From contig NW_013657670.1 of assembly GCF_000142905.1 (NCBI RefSeq), positions 397,498-461,497 on the forward strand: a stretch of DNA of 64,000 nucleotides. Direction: 5' to 3'. A program made the translations under genes and the position numbers. Below the pieces are notes generated by a model. The model was not told the origin of the DNA. It made no database searches and saw only the letters and a program-made list of their open reading frames with translations. This DNA is from Thecamonas trahens ATCC 50062 (taxonomy: Eukaryota; Protista; Apusomonadida). Every line of letters begins with the position of its first letter. The stretch's first letter is position 1. Shown here piece after piece: positions 28,421-38,988 of the stretch.

Positions 28421-31400
28421 ATGCTCCGGGCGTACTGGGCGCGGATGGTGCCGGTGGCCACCTTGGCTGGTCGGAGGTGGGCTGCTAGCGCGGGCGCGGG
28501 CGGGCTGGCGGCAGGGTACGAGCCCGCGGCTGTGGAGGCTGGCAAGGTGGCGCGATGGGAGGCCTGGCGAGTGCAGCAGGCCAAAGAAGCAGCAAAGACA
28601 GGCAGCTTGCGAAGGCCGACGTTTACCGTCCTCCTCCCGCCACCCAACGTGACTGGCGCGCTGCATCTGGGCCACGCGCTGACGGTTGCGGTGGAGGATG
28701 CGGCGGTGCGGGCGGCGCGGGCTCGCGGCGAGGAGACTCTGTGGATCCCCGGGCTGGACCACGCTGGCATCGCCACCCAGGTTGTGGTTGAGAGCAAGAT
28801 CCAGCGCGAGCGCGGCATCTCGCGGCATGAGCTCGGCCGCGACGCATTTGTGCGCGAAGTTCACGCTTGGAAGGAGGCGACCGGCGATGGACGCATTCGT
28901 GACCAGCTGCGGATGCTAGGCGGCGGGCTCGACTGGGCGCACGAGTACTTTACCATGGATCCGGCGCGGTCGCAGGCGGTCGATACTGCGTTTATGCAGC
29001 TCGCCGCCGACGGGCTTATCTACCGTGATCTGCGGCTGGTCAACTGGTGCCCAACGCTGCGGTCGGCCATTTCGGATGTCGAGGTTGACCACGTCGACGT
29101 CGCGCCCGACTCGACCATTGCCCTGCCCGACGGCCGCCGGGTTCCGTCCGGTCGGCTGTATACTATCCGCTACGCCGTCGCCAACTCACCGTCTGGAGAG
29201 ACCGTGGCGGTGCAGACAACCCGTCCCGAGACGGTGCTGGTTGACACGGCGCTGGCCGTCCACCCCGACGACCCGCGCCACGCGCGGCTCGCCGGCAAGA
29301 GCGTGAAGCACCCGCTGACGGGCGCGCTGCTGCCGGTGGTTGCCGACGCGACGGCCGTCGATCCCGAATTCGGAACAGGCGTGGTCAAGATCTCGCCCGG
29401 CGTCGACTTTAACGACTACGCCACCGGCGTCCGGCACGGCCAAGCTCCGCTGACGCTCTTTGACGACGTTGGCCATGTGGCGCTGAGCGAGCTGGTTGCC
29501 CACCTCGGTGACACACCACTCCCGGCTGAGTTGGCTGAGCTTGAGGGCGTCGACCGGTACGAGGCGCGTGCACGCATCATTGAGCTTCTCGAGGCTAGTG
29601 GTGCGTACGGCGGCCATGAGCCGTATGCACAGAGCCTTGCGGTCTGCTCACGGACTGGCGACGTGCTCGAACCGCTCCTCCGCCCGCAGTGGTTTCTCAG
29701 GACTCGCGAGCTAGCCGAGGCGGCGCGTAAGGCGGTCGAGACTGGCGCGCTCACGATTGCGCCCGCGTCGTTCGAGGCAACATGGGACGAGTGGATGCAT
29801 CAGCTCAACGACTGGTGCCTCTCGCGGCAGCTCTGGTGGGGCCATCGGGTTCCGGCGTGGCGGGCACCGGGCTCATCGGGCTTGCACACTTCAGACTGGG
29901 TCTTTGCCGCCGACGAGGCGGCGGCATCGGTTGCCGCCGCCGAGGTCTGGGGCTCGGGTGACGTGGTCCGCGACGACGACGTGCTCGACACGTGGTTCTC
30001 GTCGGCGCTGCTGCCGATGTCGGCGCTGGGGTGGCCGCATGCCGATCCGCGCCGCGCCGGCTACCCGCTGACACTCATGGAGACCGGCTCGGACATCCTG
30101 GTCTTTTGGGTCGCACGCATGGTAATGCTCTGCACCCACCTCGCGCCTGGCGGTGAGCTCCCATTCAAGCACATCGACCTCCACCAGATGGTCCGCGACA
30201 AGTCAGGGCGCAAGATGTCCAAGTCGCTCGGCAATGTACTCGATCCGGCCGACCTCATTCAGGGGGCGTCGCTGGACAAGCTTCTCGCTGCGCTCGAGGG
30301 CGGCAACTTGCCTGCGGGCGAGCGCGCCCGTGCAAGTTCGGACCTCAAGGCTGCGTTCCCCGACGGTTTTCCGGCGTTCGGCACCGACGCGCTCCGGTAT
30401 GCCCTTCTCGAAATGACTAAGCAATCGCACTTTATCAATCTCGACCCATCGCTGGTCCTCTCGGCGCGCAAATTCTGCAACAAGATCTGGAACGGACTCC
30501 GGTATGTGCTGCTTGCCACCGAGGACGAGGGTGCAGTTCCGCAGTACGTCCAGCAGCTGGCGTCGGGTGCTGATGGGCGGGCCGAGCTCCGGCTGACGCC
30601 CGACACCGCGGCGGCGCTGACGCCAATGGACGCGTGGATTCTGAGCAAGCTTGACGTCATGGCGGCCGAGGTGCAGGCAGCGGCGCAGCCGCCGCTGGCG
30701 CTGCACAAGGCGGCTCGCGCGGTGTCGGGCTTTTTCGTCGATGCTTTCTGCGACATCTACGTGGAACACACCAAGGTGAGTAAGGGCGGCGTCGAGGGCG
30801 CAGTTCTTGCCCACTGTGCGCTCTCATTCCTCACGGCGGCGCACCCGCTGCTACCGTTCCTCACCGACGAGCTGGTGAGCCACGCGGTCGGGCTGTGCGA
30901 CGAGCTGCCAGCAAGTGTCGATACTCGGGTTGCGCCACTCCCCGAGGCCTTTGCGGTCTCGCCGTCGGATGTGCCTCGGCAGCTTGCCAACGCTGCCGCC
31001 GCAATCGACGGCTACGTCCTTCCGTTGCTGGAGCAGGTCCGATCGCTTCGGGCGAGCTGGACCCCGCCGCGCGGAGCAGCAGTGTACGTGGTGAGCGAGG
31101 CGAGCAAGGTGGTGGCCGACGCTCAAGCACGAAGCCAGGTCCACGCCCTTGTGGCGCGGCTAGCCAAGGCCCAAGACGTGACCGACACGCCTCGCGATGG
31201 GTACGTCGAGCACGGTGCCATCGAGTTTGGGGTCGGCCCGCACGCCATCCGGGTCGCGCTCACGGCCGAGCCCGGATTGGCGCTCGGCCAGGCCGCGCGG
31301 ACGCTGAGCAAGAGCCAGCGGGCCGAGCTCGGCGCCCGTTCGGCCAAGTTGGAGGCACAGATTGCCAAGTTGGAGAAGATCATGGCTGGGGAGCACTACG

Positions 31401-31495
31401 CCACCCGCGTGCCGGCGGCGGTGCAGGCCGGTAACGCGACCAAGCTGGACGAGCTGAGAACCAAGCTGGAGAGTCTGACCAAGGCGCTGGCCTAG
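28421..31495 (+). CDS. VARS2: Valyl-tRNA synthetase, probably mitochondrial
   Basis: PPPNVTGALHLGH, GLDHAGIATQ, DWCLSRQLWWGH, DVLDTWFSS, KMSKS and a C-terminal coiled coil. The N-terminus MLRAYWARMVPVATLAGRRWAAS is an Arg-rich, acid-free presequence. Confidence 0.93.
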   Translation: MLRAYWARMVPVATLAGRRWAASAGAGGLAAGYEPAAVEAGKVARWEAWRVQQAKEAAKTGSLRRPTFTVLLPPPNVTGALHLGHALTVAVEDAAVRAARARGEETLWIPGLDHAGIATQVVVESKIQRERGISRHELGRDAFVREVHAWKEATGDGRIRDQLRMLGGGLDWAHEYFTMDPARSQAVDTAFMQLAADGLIYRDLRLVNWCPTLRSAISDVEVDHVDVAPDSTIALPDGRRVPSGRLYTIRYAVANSPSGETVAVQTTRPETVLVDTALAVHPDDPRHARLAGKSVKHPLTGALLPVVADATAVDPEFGTGVVKISPGVDFNDYATGVRHGQAPLTLFDDVGHVALSELVAHLGDTPLPAELAELEGVDRYEARARIIELLEASGAYGGHEPYAQSLAVCSRTGDVLEPLLRPQWFLRTRELAEAARKAVETGALTIAPASFEATWDEWMHQLNDWCLSRQLWWGHRVPAWRAPGSSGLHTSDWVFAADEAAASVAAAEVWGSGDVVRDDDVLDTWFSSALLPMSALGWPHADPRRAGYPLTLMETGSDILVFWVARMVMLCTHLAPGGELPFKHIDLHQMVRDKSGRKMSKSLGNVLDPADLIQGASLDKLLAALEGGNLPAGERARASSDLKAAFPDGFPAFGTDALRYALLEMTKQSHFINLDPSLVLSARKFCNKIWNGLRYVLLATEDEGAVPQYVQQLASGADGRAELRLTPDTAAALTPMDAWILSKLDVMAAEVQAAAQPPLALHKAARAVSGFFVDAFCDIYVEHTKVSKGGVEGAVLAHCALSFLTAAHPLLPFLTDELVSHAVGLCDELPASVDTRVAPLPEAFAVSPSDVPRQLANAAAAIDGYVLPLLEQVRSLRASWTPPRGAAVYVVSEASKVVADAQARSQVHALVARLAKAQDVTDTPRDGYVEHGAIEFGVGPHAIRVALTAEPGLALGQAARTLSKSQRAELGARSAKLEAQIAKLEKIMAGEHYATRVPAAVQAGNATKLDELRTKLESLTKALA

Positions 31496-31504
31496 TCGTC
31501 ATTG

Positions 31505-32908
31505 TCATGGGAGGAGTGAGAGAGCAATGTTGACGACGAGCAGGCCAGTCCCGATGCGGAGCAGCCATGTCGTCGCAATAGCAGCAGAGTGCGGAGCGCG
31601 CGGGAAGAGCGCGGCCATGCCGATGGCGTAAACATGCTCGCCGTCTAGAGTGTAGACCGGCGCCGCATTGAGTGCGGCGAGGCCGGCCGAGAGCGAGACC
31701 ACAAACGAGAGGACGGACGAGACCGCTTCGAGCGCCGAGAGCGCAAGCCAGCCTCCGAGCCGCGGATAGAGATCGCCGACGCGGACCGCGGCAAAGACCG
31801 TGGCTGGATGACCGGTAAAAAAGATGTGCTGCTCGCTGTGTGCAGGGCTCTGGGCGAAGGTGATGCGATAGAGGAACGAAATGCCGGCATCCGGCTCGAG
31901 GACTGGTGTTAGGCACGCTTGTGAGGCCAGGCAAGGACAGGCATCGCCGCTCAGTGCGGATGACGCCTTCATGCACACGACGCTGCCAGCCGCAGCAATG
32001 CTGAAGCACGGCGGTGGATCGCCAGGCCCACGGACGCGCGGTGGAAGGTCGCCGCGAGCGACGCATCGCGATGCCGGAGCCGCTCCCATCGCAACCTCGC
32101 TCAAGCAGCGCTGCCAGGCCGCAGGCGATTCAACAATGCAGTCGTCGACGCGAGTCACCAGATGACCGGCCTGCAGCGAGGCGGCGAGCGGCGAGCTGGG
32201 GTCGACGCTATGAACGTAGGCGCCGGCGCCGGCGGCCGAGGCAAAGAGCGGGGAGACAGCAAGCGGAAGCGCCCATAGGAGTACAAGTGCAAGGAGCGCT
32301 AGAACAGCGTTGTGGAAAACACCGGCGAGAAAGATGCGCAGGCGAGCCGCTGGTGTTGCGCGCTCCAGATCGGCCGAGTCGATCTCGACGTAAGCGCCCG
32401 GGTAGACGACGACAAGGACGAGGCCGGCGCCGCGGATGCGAACGCGCTCTTGAACTGCAGCCAGGGCGTGTCCGGCCTCGTGGACAACCGTAGCAATAAG
32501 AAGGGCGAGGACAAAGGCGATGATGTCGCCGCCAAGCACGTTGTAGCCCGGGATGATGGGCACGAGCAGTGGGGCAGGGGCGGGCTTGGCCTCCGGGTTC
32601 GTGGCATCCTTAGCGGCAGCAGCAGGAGCGATGGCCGTCATCCGAGCATGGATACCAAGAGCCGCGTTAGCGGCGAGGGCCAGGAGCGCCAGAGCGCAGA
32701 GAGCGACGCCGATGACTGCGCCGGCAGCAAACCACCGCGAGGTGAGGTACGCGGCAGCGGCGCCGAGGCCGCGGGGCGGCGACGGGCGGTGCAGGCGAAG
32801 GACGACAAGGGAGCGGACTGAGGCCGCGTGCGGGAGCCAGCCGAGGGCAGAGGCGACGTTGAGTGCAACCCATGCTATTACGAGGCATGCCGCGAGGTGA
32901 AGGAGCAT
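31505..32908 (-). CDS. MBTPS2: Site-2 protease (M50 intramembrane metalloprotease)
   Basis: HEAGH zinc motif, RIFLAGVFHN, PDZ-like segment, Cys-rich insert, NAAPVYTLDG, multiple TM helices. Confidence 0.92.
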   Translation of the reverse strand: MLLHLAACLVIAWVALNVASALGWLPHAASVRSLVVLRLHRPSPPRGLGAAAAYLTSRWFAAGAVIGVALCALALLALAANAALGIHARMTAIAPAAAAKDATNPEAKPAPAPLLVPIIPGYNVLGGDIIAFVLALLIATVVHEAGHALAAVQERVRIRGAGLVLVVVYPGAYVEIDSADLERATPAARLRIFLAGVFHNAVLALLALVLLWALPLAVSPLFASAAGAGAYVHSVDPSSPLAASLQAGHLVTRVDDCIVESPAAWQRCLSEVAMGAAPASRCVARGDLPPRVRGPGDPPPCFSIAAAGSVVCMKASSALSGDACPCLASQACLTPVLEPDAGISFLYRITFAQSPAHSEQHIFFTGHPATVFAAVRVGDLYPRLGGWLALSALEAVSSVLSFVVSLSAGLAALNAAPVYTLDGEHVYAIGMAALFPRAPHSAAIATTWLLRIGTGLLVVNIALSLLP

Positions 32909-32971
32909 GGTGCTTGTGTGGGGGGGGGAGGGGGGGGAGTGCGGTCAGGATGGTCAGTGGGAAGGTTCATC

Positions 32972-34176
32972 TCATGCGTTTCTTGACGAGCGGGTGGAGC
33001 GGCGGGTGGAGCGGCGGGTGCGGACAGGCGAAGGCTCGGCATCGTCCGACTGATCGTCGACGGCGGCCTTGGCGGGCGTCTTCTTGGCCTTGGGGGTCTT
33101 CTTAGCCTTGGCGGGCGTCTTCTTGGCCTTGGCCGGGGTGGCCTCGGCCTCGGCCTCGGCCTTGGCGGCGGCCTTCTTGGCCTTGGGGGTCTTCTTGGCC
33201 TTGGCCGGCGTCTTCTTGGCCTTGGCCGGGGTGGCCTCGGCCTTGGCGGCGGCCTTCTTGGCCTTGGCGGGCGTCTTCTTGGCTTTTTCGGTCTTCTTAG
33301 CCTTGCCCTTGGTAGCGTCGTCATCAGCGTCGGCAGCCTTGGCAGAGCGGGCGGCGACCGGGGCGGAATCATCGTCGTCGTCGTCGGACGACGAGAAATC
33401 GTCATACGAGTATTTGATGCCGGCGGCGGCGATCTTGGCAGCGTTGGCCTTGGCAGTCTTGGCGGCCCGGTTCGCGATGAGCTTGGCACGCTCCTCAGTC
33501 ATGGGCTTTGAACGCTGCTCGATATCGCGCTTGTGGTGGTCGATGACGAAGAACCTGTCGTCGTGCTTGTCAAAGGTGTTGGGGTGGACCTTGACGCGCG
33601 GCACGTACTGGCAAACGAGCATCGACTCCATGAGCAGGTAGTTGTTCATGGCCTTGGCCACAATCTTGGCCACAGTCTTGGAGGCAAACTCGATAAAGGC
33701 GTAGTGCTTGGAGCGCCCGGTCTTCTTGTTGCGGGCAAGCTTGACCTTGTTGACCGTGCCAAACTGCGAGAAGAACCCGCGCATCTGCGGCTCAAAGAAG
33801 CCGTGCGGGATGTGACCGAGGTAGACAACGCCAGTCTTGAGTTTCCGCTTGCGCGTGCCAGCCTTGCCGGTCGACCCGGCCGCCTGGGCCTCGTCATCGT
33901 CATCGTCGCCGAGCATGATGTTGCCGTCGTCCGAGGCGTCAGCGCCGTCGTCGCCGTCATCGGACGACGAGAACTGTGCAAACGAGTCACCAGCAAAGCC
34001 CATGCTCGCAGCAGTGCCATCCGAGCTCTCATCCTCCGACTCATCCCCTGACGACGAGAGCGAGAGCGAGGGGGCGCACGACGCCGAGCCCGAGTCATCC
34101 ACCGACCGCGAGCCCGAGACCGACTTGGACAGCTTACGCTGCTTCTTGGTCTTCCGCGCGGGAACCTTATCCGAGG
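32972..34176 (-). CDS. NIFK: Nucleolar RRM protein NIFK/Nop15 (first exon probably in or near the gap)
   Basis: GVVYLGHIPHGFFEPQMRGFFSQFG..LARNKKTGRSKHYAFIEF..MNNYLL. The frame stays open up to a TAG at 34177-34179 that looks like a splice acceptor. Lys/Ala-rich tail. Confidence 0.88.
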
Positions 34177-34296
34177 CTATTCAACCATGACATCCATCCG
34201 GGGAGGAGGGGACGAGGGAGGGGGGGGGGGGGAGGGTGAGTCGGGCTGTGGACGGAGGGGAAGAGGGGGGGAGGGGAGGCAGCGGGAGTGGTGAAG

Positions 34297-34890
34297 NNNN
34301 NNNNNNNNNNNNNNNNNNNNNNNNNNNNNNNNNNNNNNNNNNNNNNNNNNNNNNNNNNNNNNNNNNNNNNNNNNNNNNNNNNNNNNNNNNNNNNNNNNNN
34401 NNNNNNNNNNNNNNNNNNNNNNNNNNNNNNNNNNNNNNNNNNNNNNNNNNNNNNNNNNNNNNNNNNNNNNNNNNNNNNNNNNNNNNNNNNNNNNNNNNNN
34501 NNNNNNNNNNNNNNNNNNNNNNNNNNNNNNNNNNNNNNNNNNNNNNNNNNNNNNNNNNNNNNNNNNNNNNNNNNNNNNNNNNNNNNNNNNNNNNNNNNNN
34601 NNNNNNNNNNNNNNNNNNNNNNNNNNNNNNNNNNNNNNNNNNNNNNNNNNNNNNNNNNNNNNNNNNNNNNNNNNNNNNNNNNNNNNNNNNNNNNNNNNNN
34701 NNNNNNNNNNNNNNNNNNNNNNNNNNNNNNNNNNNNNNNNNNNNNNNNNNNNNNNNNNNNNNNNNNNNNNNNNNNNNNNNNNNNNNNNNNNNNNNNNNNN
34801 NNNNNNNNNNNNNNNNNNNNNNNNNNNNNNNNNNNNNNNNNNNNNNNNNNNNNNNNNNNNNNNNNNNNNNNNNNNNNNNNNNNNNNNNNN
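34297..34890. other. Assembly gap (594 N)
   Basis: Run of N flanked by G-rich low-complexity sequence. Confidence 1.
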
Positions 34891-35113
34891 TGTGGCGATG
34901 AGGGGCTGGAAGTGATGGTGGAAGGGGGAGGGGGGAGTGATGGTGGTCATGGTGAGTATGATGATCCATGATCTTCGTCATGGTCATGGTCATAGTCATG
35001 GGTATGGTTCGGCCCGTCATGTGCCTGTCCGCCCTTGCCCCCCCCCCCTCACCCCCCACCCCTTGCAGCCACCTCTTTCCCTTACCGCCACCTCTCCCTT
35101 CACCAGCCACAGG

Positions 35114-36325
35114 ATGGAGTACACAGCCAAGACACGGAAGCTGATGAAAGCGCTGCGTGCGTTCATGGACGAGCATGTGTACCCCAACGAGGCGGCCATG
35201 GCAGCCCAGCACGAGGAGGTCGGCCAGTGGGCCGTCCCGCCGCTCATGGAGGAGCTGAAGGAGAAGGCCAAGGCCGCCGGCCTGTGGAACCTGTTCCTGC
35301 CAGAGTCGGAGCTTGGAGCGGGCCTCTCCAATTTTGAGTATGCGCCGCTGTGTGAGATCATGGGCGAGGTCCTCTGGGCGCCTGAGATCTTCAACTGCGC
35401 CGCGCCCGACACCGGCAACGCCGAGGTTCTCGCCCGCTACGGCACGCCCGAGCAAAAGGCCACCTGGCTCGTCCCGCTGCTTGATGGCAGCATCCGATCG
35501 GCCTTTGCCATGACCGAGCCCGACGTTGCTTCGTCCGACGCCACCAACATCTCCACCTCGATTGTCCGTGACGGCGATGAGTACGTCGTTAATGGCCGCA
35601 AGTGGTGGACGTCGGGCGCGGGTGATCCGCGTTGCGCCTTCCTCATCGTCATGGGCAAGACTGATCCCAGCGCCCACAAGTACTTGCAGCAGTCGATGAT
35701 CTTGGTCCCCATGGACGCATCAGGCCTCACCGTCCGCCGCCACCTCAAGGTCTTTGGCTACTCGGACGCCCCGCACGGGCACATGGAGATTGTGTTTGAC
35801 AACGTGCGCGTTCCGGCCGCAAACATGCTCCTTGGCGAAGGCCGCGGCTTTGAGATTGCACAGGGCCGGCTCGGTCCCGGCCGCATCCATCATTGCATGC
35901 GCCTCATCGGGACCGCCGAGCGTGCGCTGCGGGTCATGGTTGACCGCGTCCAGCGCCGGGTGGCGTTTGGCAAACCGCTCGCCGCCCTCGCCTCCATCCA
36001 GATCGACATTGCCAAGTCGCGGTGCGAGATTGACGCCGCCCGCCTCCTTGTCCTCCACGCCGCGTACATGATGGACAAGTACGGCAACAAGAAGGCCCGC
36101 AAGGAGATTGCCATGATCAAGACCGTTGCCCCGCGCATGGCTCTCGACGTCATCGACCGCGCCATCCAGGCTCACGGCGCTGCCGGCGTCTCGCAGGACA
36201 CCCCGCTCGCCTACCTCTGGGCCCAAGCGCGGACCCTGCGCATTGCCGATGGCCCCGATGAAGTCCACTGGCGAACGGTGGCCAAACTGGAGCTCCGCGG
36301 CGCCAGCAAGTCGTCCAAGCTCTAA
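35114..36325 (+). CDS. Peroxisomal acyl-CoA dehydrogenase (ACAD10/11/FadE2-type catalytic domain)
   Basis: [60 protein letters not shown] and C-terminal PTS1 -SKL. A short upstream exon is possible (CAG precedes the ATG). Confidence 0.93.
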   Translation: MEYTAKTRKLMKALRAFMDEHVYPNEAAMAAQHEEVGQWAVPPLMEELKEKAKAAGLWNLFLPESELGAGLSNFEYAPLCEIMGEVLWAPEIFNCAAPDTGNAEVLARYGTPEQKATWLVPLLDGSIRSAFAMTEPDVASSDATNISTSIVRDGDEYVVNGRKWWTSGAGDPRCAFLIVMGKTDPSAHKYLQQSMILVPMDASGLTVRRHLKVFGYSDAPHGHMEIVFDNVRVPAANMLLGEGRGFEIAQGRLGPGRIHHCMRLIGTAERALRVMVDRVQRRVAFGKPLAALASIQIDIAKSRCEIDAARLLVLHAAYMMDKYGNKKARKEIAMIKTVAPRMALDVIDRAIQAHGAAGVSQDTPLAYLWAQARTLRIADGPDEVHWRTVAKLELRGASKSSKL

Positions 36326-36593
36326 GCTCTGGCGCTCTGCCGTGGCTCGACTCTCAGCCGCCAGCCACAAGTCACCAGCCGTGTGATTACCCACCGCACG
36401 ATGGACAACTGCATGATCGATAGCCGCACGACGAGTAACACGTCCTCGTGTGGGAGTCGCCCCACGGTGCCAGCGGACTATGGCCAACAAACGGCGCCAC
36501 CGAGGTTTGGCGGGGTGGAAGCGGAGAGAGACAGGCACGCCACCTCACGTAGCCGACGCCGCCGACCCCCAGCCACCCACGCAAGCACGAGAC

Positions 36594-37829
36594 ATGGAGC
36601 GGCAGGGAACACGACGAGTGATATGGAAGGCATTGTGTGTGGTGGTAGTGGCACTGGCACTGACGGGCAGGCCATGTGCAGGCCATCCGACCTTTGCTGT
36701 CATACATTGCGGTGCCGCAACGTCGCCGCACGCCAAGCTGACGGGCACCGAGCTGTGCACCCAGTTTGCGGTCCTTGCGGCCATGGCACTGGTGCTGGCT
36801 ATTGCTGGGAGTGTGGGGCTGGTTCGGGTGTGGCGAGCTGGTCAGCGATACCGTGCTACCCGTATGCTCATCCTCATGTTCTGCACCCTCGAGTCGTCGG
36901 TGGCCTTTGTGGGCTGGTTCGCCTTCCCCTTTCAGAACATGATGTACACCGCACACATTCTGGAGAACTTGGTCATCATCACTGTCGCCCTCAATCTATG
37001 CATGTATGCCTTGACTATCTCGCGGCAAGAGTTTATGCTCCGATCGCTCGTCTTCCCCGCCTTTGGCGGCCTCTACATCATGGAGGGTGTCCTAGTCATC
37101 CTCATCTTTGGTTTTAACGACACCCGCTCCGCAGGCGCCGGCTGCGAGAGCCCCGTGTGGATGATCATGGTGAGCACTGGTGCCATCATGACCACCGTCT
37201 TTGTCATTGCCGGCGTCTACATCCAGGTCAAGCTCAGCTCGCTCGTCGCCCGAAACTCCATCTCGCGCGCCTACTACCGTGCCAAGAAGCGCAAGCTCTG
37301 GATCCTCATCATCATCTACGCCACCTGCGCATACCTCTCGCTCGCTTTTTACATTGTCCAGCTCGCCGTGGCGGCCGGCGACTCGTCAAACGAGCCGTGC
37401 TACACCTTTCACGCCTCGTCCGGCACCGCGCTGGTCGTCGAGCGCATCCTGGTCCACTCTATCACGTTCTACGTCCCCATTGCCGCCGTCATCTATCAGT
37501 TCTCGTCGGTCCGTGGCGAACTCGACGAGTCGACGACCGCGGCAACGGCAGCCATCGGCGCCTTTTCGCCGCTCAGGGGATCGTCCTGGTCGCGCGGCAC
37601 GTCGCCTTACAGCGGCTACGCCTCGCTCGAGTCGTACAACTCGGCTGCAGCGTCGGGCTCGCTGCCGTCGTCGGCCGTACCAGGTGTCTACCGCATCCAG
37701 AGCTCCAAGGGCCTCCTCACTCCGCCGTTCTACAGCAACGACAAGCAGCCGCGTCCGAGCTCGCCGAGCACCGGCCTCGCCGGCCGCGGCATCCGGGTAG
37801 TCAGGAAGGAGTCAGCCGCCACACCTTGA
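36594..37829 (+). CDS. Orphan seven-transmembrane protein (GPCR-like topology)
   Basis: Putative signal peptide, seven hydrophobic segments, basic loop between TM5 and TM6 (YYRAKKRK), Cys in outer loops, Ser-rich C-tail. Confidence 0.8.
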   Translation: MERQGTRRVIWKALCVVVVALALTGRPCAGHPTFAVIHCGAATSPHAKLTGTELCTQFAVLAAMALVLAIAGSVGLVRVWRAGQRYRATRMLILMFCTLESSVAFVGWFAFPFQNMMYTAHILENLVIITVALNLCMYALTISRQEFMLRSLVFPAFGGLYIMEGVLVILIFGFNDTRSAGAGCESPVWMIMVSTGAIMTTVFVIAGVYIQVKLSSLVARNSISRAYYRAKKRKLWILIIIYATCAYLSLAFYIVQLAVAAGDSSNEPCYTFHASSGTALVVERILVHSITFYVPIAAVIYQFSSVRGELDESTTAATAAIGAFSPLRGSSWSRGTSPYSGYASLESYNSAAASGSLPSSAVPGVYRIQSSKGLLTPPFYSNDKQPRPSSPSTGLAGRGIRVVRKESAATP

Positions 37830-38766
37830 CCTTGCCGTCCATGCCCACGCTCGCCACCCGTGGCTGGACCGGCGCAGCAAGGACCCGGGTGACTACCGAG
37901 TCGTGCGCGGCCGCCTGCCTGCCGGAAAGCACCCCGGTTGCCGCCTGCCACACCCGCAGGCCGCCGTCGGCGTCGCCGGCCACTACGGTGGTGCCCCGCC
38001 CCGCCAGCACTGCGTTCGTTCGCAGCTGGTCCTCGCGCATGCCGCGCTCAGCGTAGCACATCGCAGCCTCGCCAGAGGCAGCCGCGTACGATCCGATGTG
38101 GCCCGAGAGAGTCCTCACCAGCAGCATTTGCCCGTCGACAGAGACGTCGAGCGAGGCCAGCCCGCCCTCCCCAAGCTCGTCGACCACCAAGCGGCCGGAT
38201 CGAAGCTCCCAGCTGCACACGCTGCCATCAAGCGAGGCGGCGCGGATGACCGGCGCCGGCAGCGGATCCGGAGCGTGGCTCTCGTCAAAGACAATGTCAA
38301 CAACCCGGTCGGTCGGCCCCTTGAGCACCTGCAGCGGGGTGCGGACGCCCGAGCGGACGTCATAGACAAGCACGCTGCTGAGCGATCCGGCGAACAAGAC
38401 CGAACCCGGGCCGTTGAGGGCGACTCCCGCAGGCACACCCGGCAAGCGGTCCCATCGGCGGACAGGAGCGCCGGACTCGATGTCCCACACCGCGAGGGCC
38501 TTGTCGCCCGAACCTGCAGCAAACCGAGCGCCATCCGCAGTAAGAGCCAGCGCCTTGACGGCCTTTGCAGCATGTGGCAGAGCCGCAACATGGAGGCCAT
38601 CGACCAGGTTACACAGATGTACCTCACCCGCCGAGTCTCCCGCGAGGAGGTATCGCCCCTGCGGTGCGTACGCTCCTGCTGTCAGCCCGACCGCACCCTC
38701 CTTGCCCTCCACCGCCACCGTCATCTCCAGCTCCAGGCACGAAGCCGGTTGGCTAGCCGCCGCCAT
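37801..38766 (-). CDS. WDR83: WD40 repeat protein WDR83/MORG1
   Basis: GSGDKALAVWDIESG.VRR, VYDVRS..PLQVL, ASLDGSV..WELRSGRLVVD, SVDGQMLLV and GMDGKVKVW, co-linear with MORG1. Confidence 0.8.
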   Translation of the reverse strand: MAAASQPASCLELEMTVAVEGKEGAVGLTAGAYAPQGRYLLAGDSAGEVHLCNLVDGLHVAALPHAAKAVKALALTADGARFAAGSGDKALAVWDIESGAPVRRWDRLPGVPAGVALNGPGSVLFAGSLSSVLVYDVRSGVRTPLQVLKGPTDRVVDIVFDESHAPDPLPAPVIRAASLDGSVCSWELRSGRLVVDELGEGGLASLDVSVDGQMLLVRTLSGHIGSYAAASGEAAMCYAERGMREDQLRTNAVLAGRGTTVVAGDADGGLRVWQAATGVLSGRQAAAHDSVVTRVLAAPVQPRVASVGMDGKVKVWRLTPS

Positions 38767-38988
38767 GTCCCGGGTATTGGAGTTGGGTGCTGTCGACGTC
38801 AAATGTCACCGACGCCGTCTGTTGTGGGTTGTTTGTCGTCTGGGGCGTGGCCTGTCGCCTGTCGCCTGTGGCCTGTGGCCCGTGGCCCGTGGCGTGTCGT
38901 GTGCTGTGCTGGCAATGGCAATGACACGGCAGCGACAGGGCAGCGGAAGCGGAGGGGCAGACAGAAGCACTTGTCGCACGCAGAGAGT

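Noticed and set aside
34177-35113. ORFs spanning the N run and a His-rich HGHGHSHG stretch
   Set aside because: Artefacts of the gap and of a CATGGT low-complexity repeat.
37903-38988. N-terminal 362 aa of the 1109-aa ORF
   Set aside because: Lies antisense to WDR83. The PhoD-like protein more plausibly starts at 38989.
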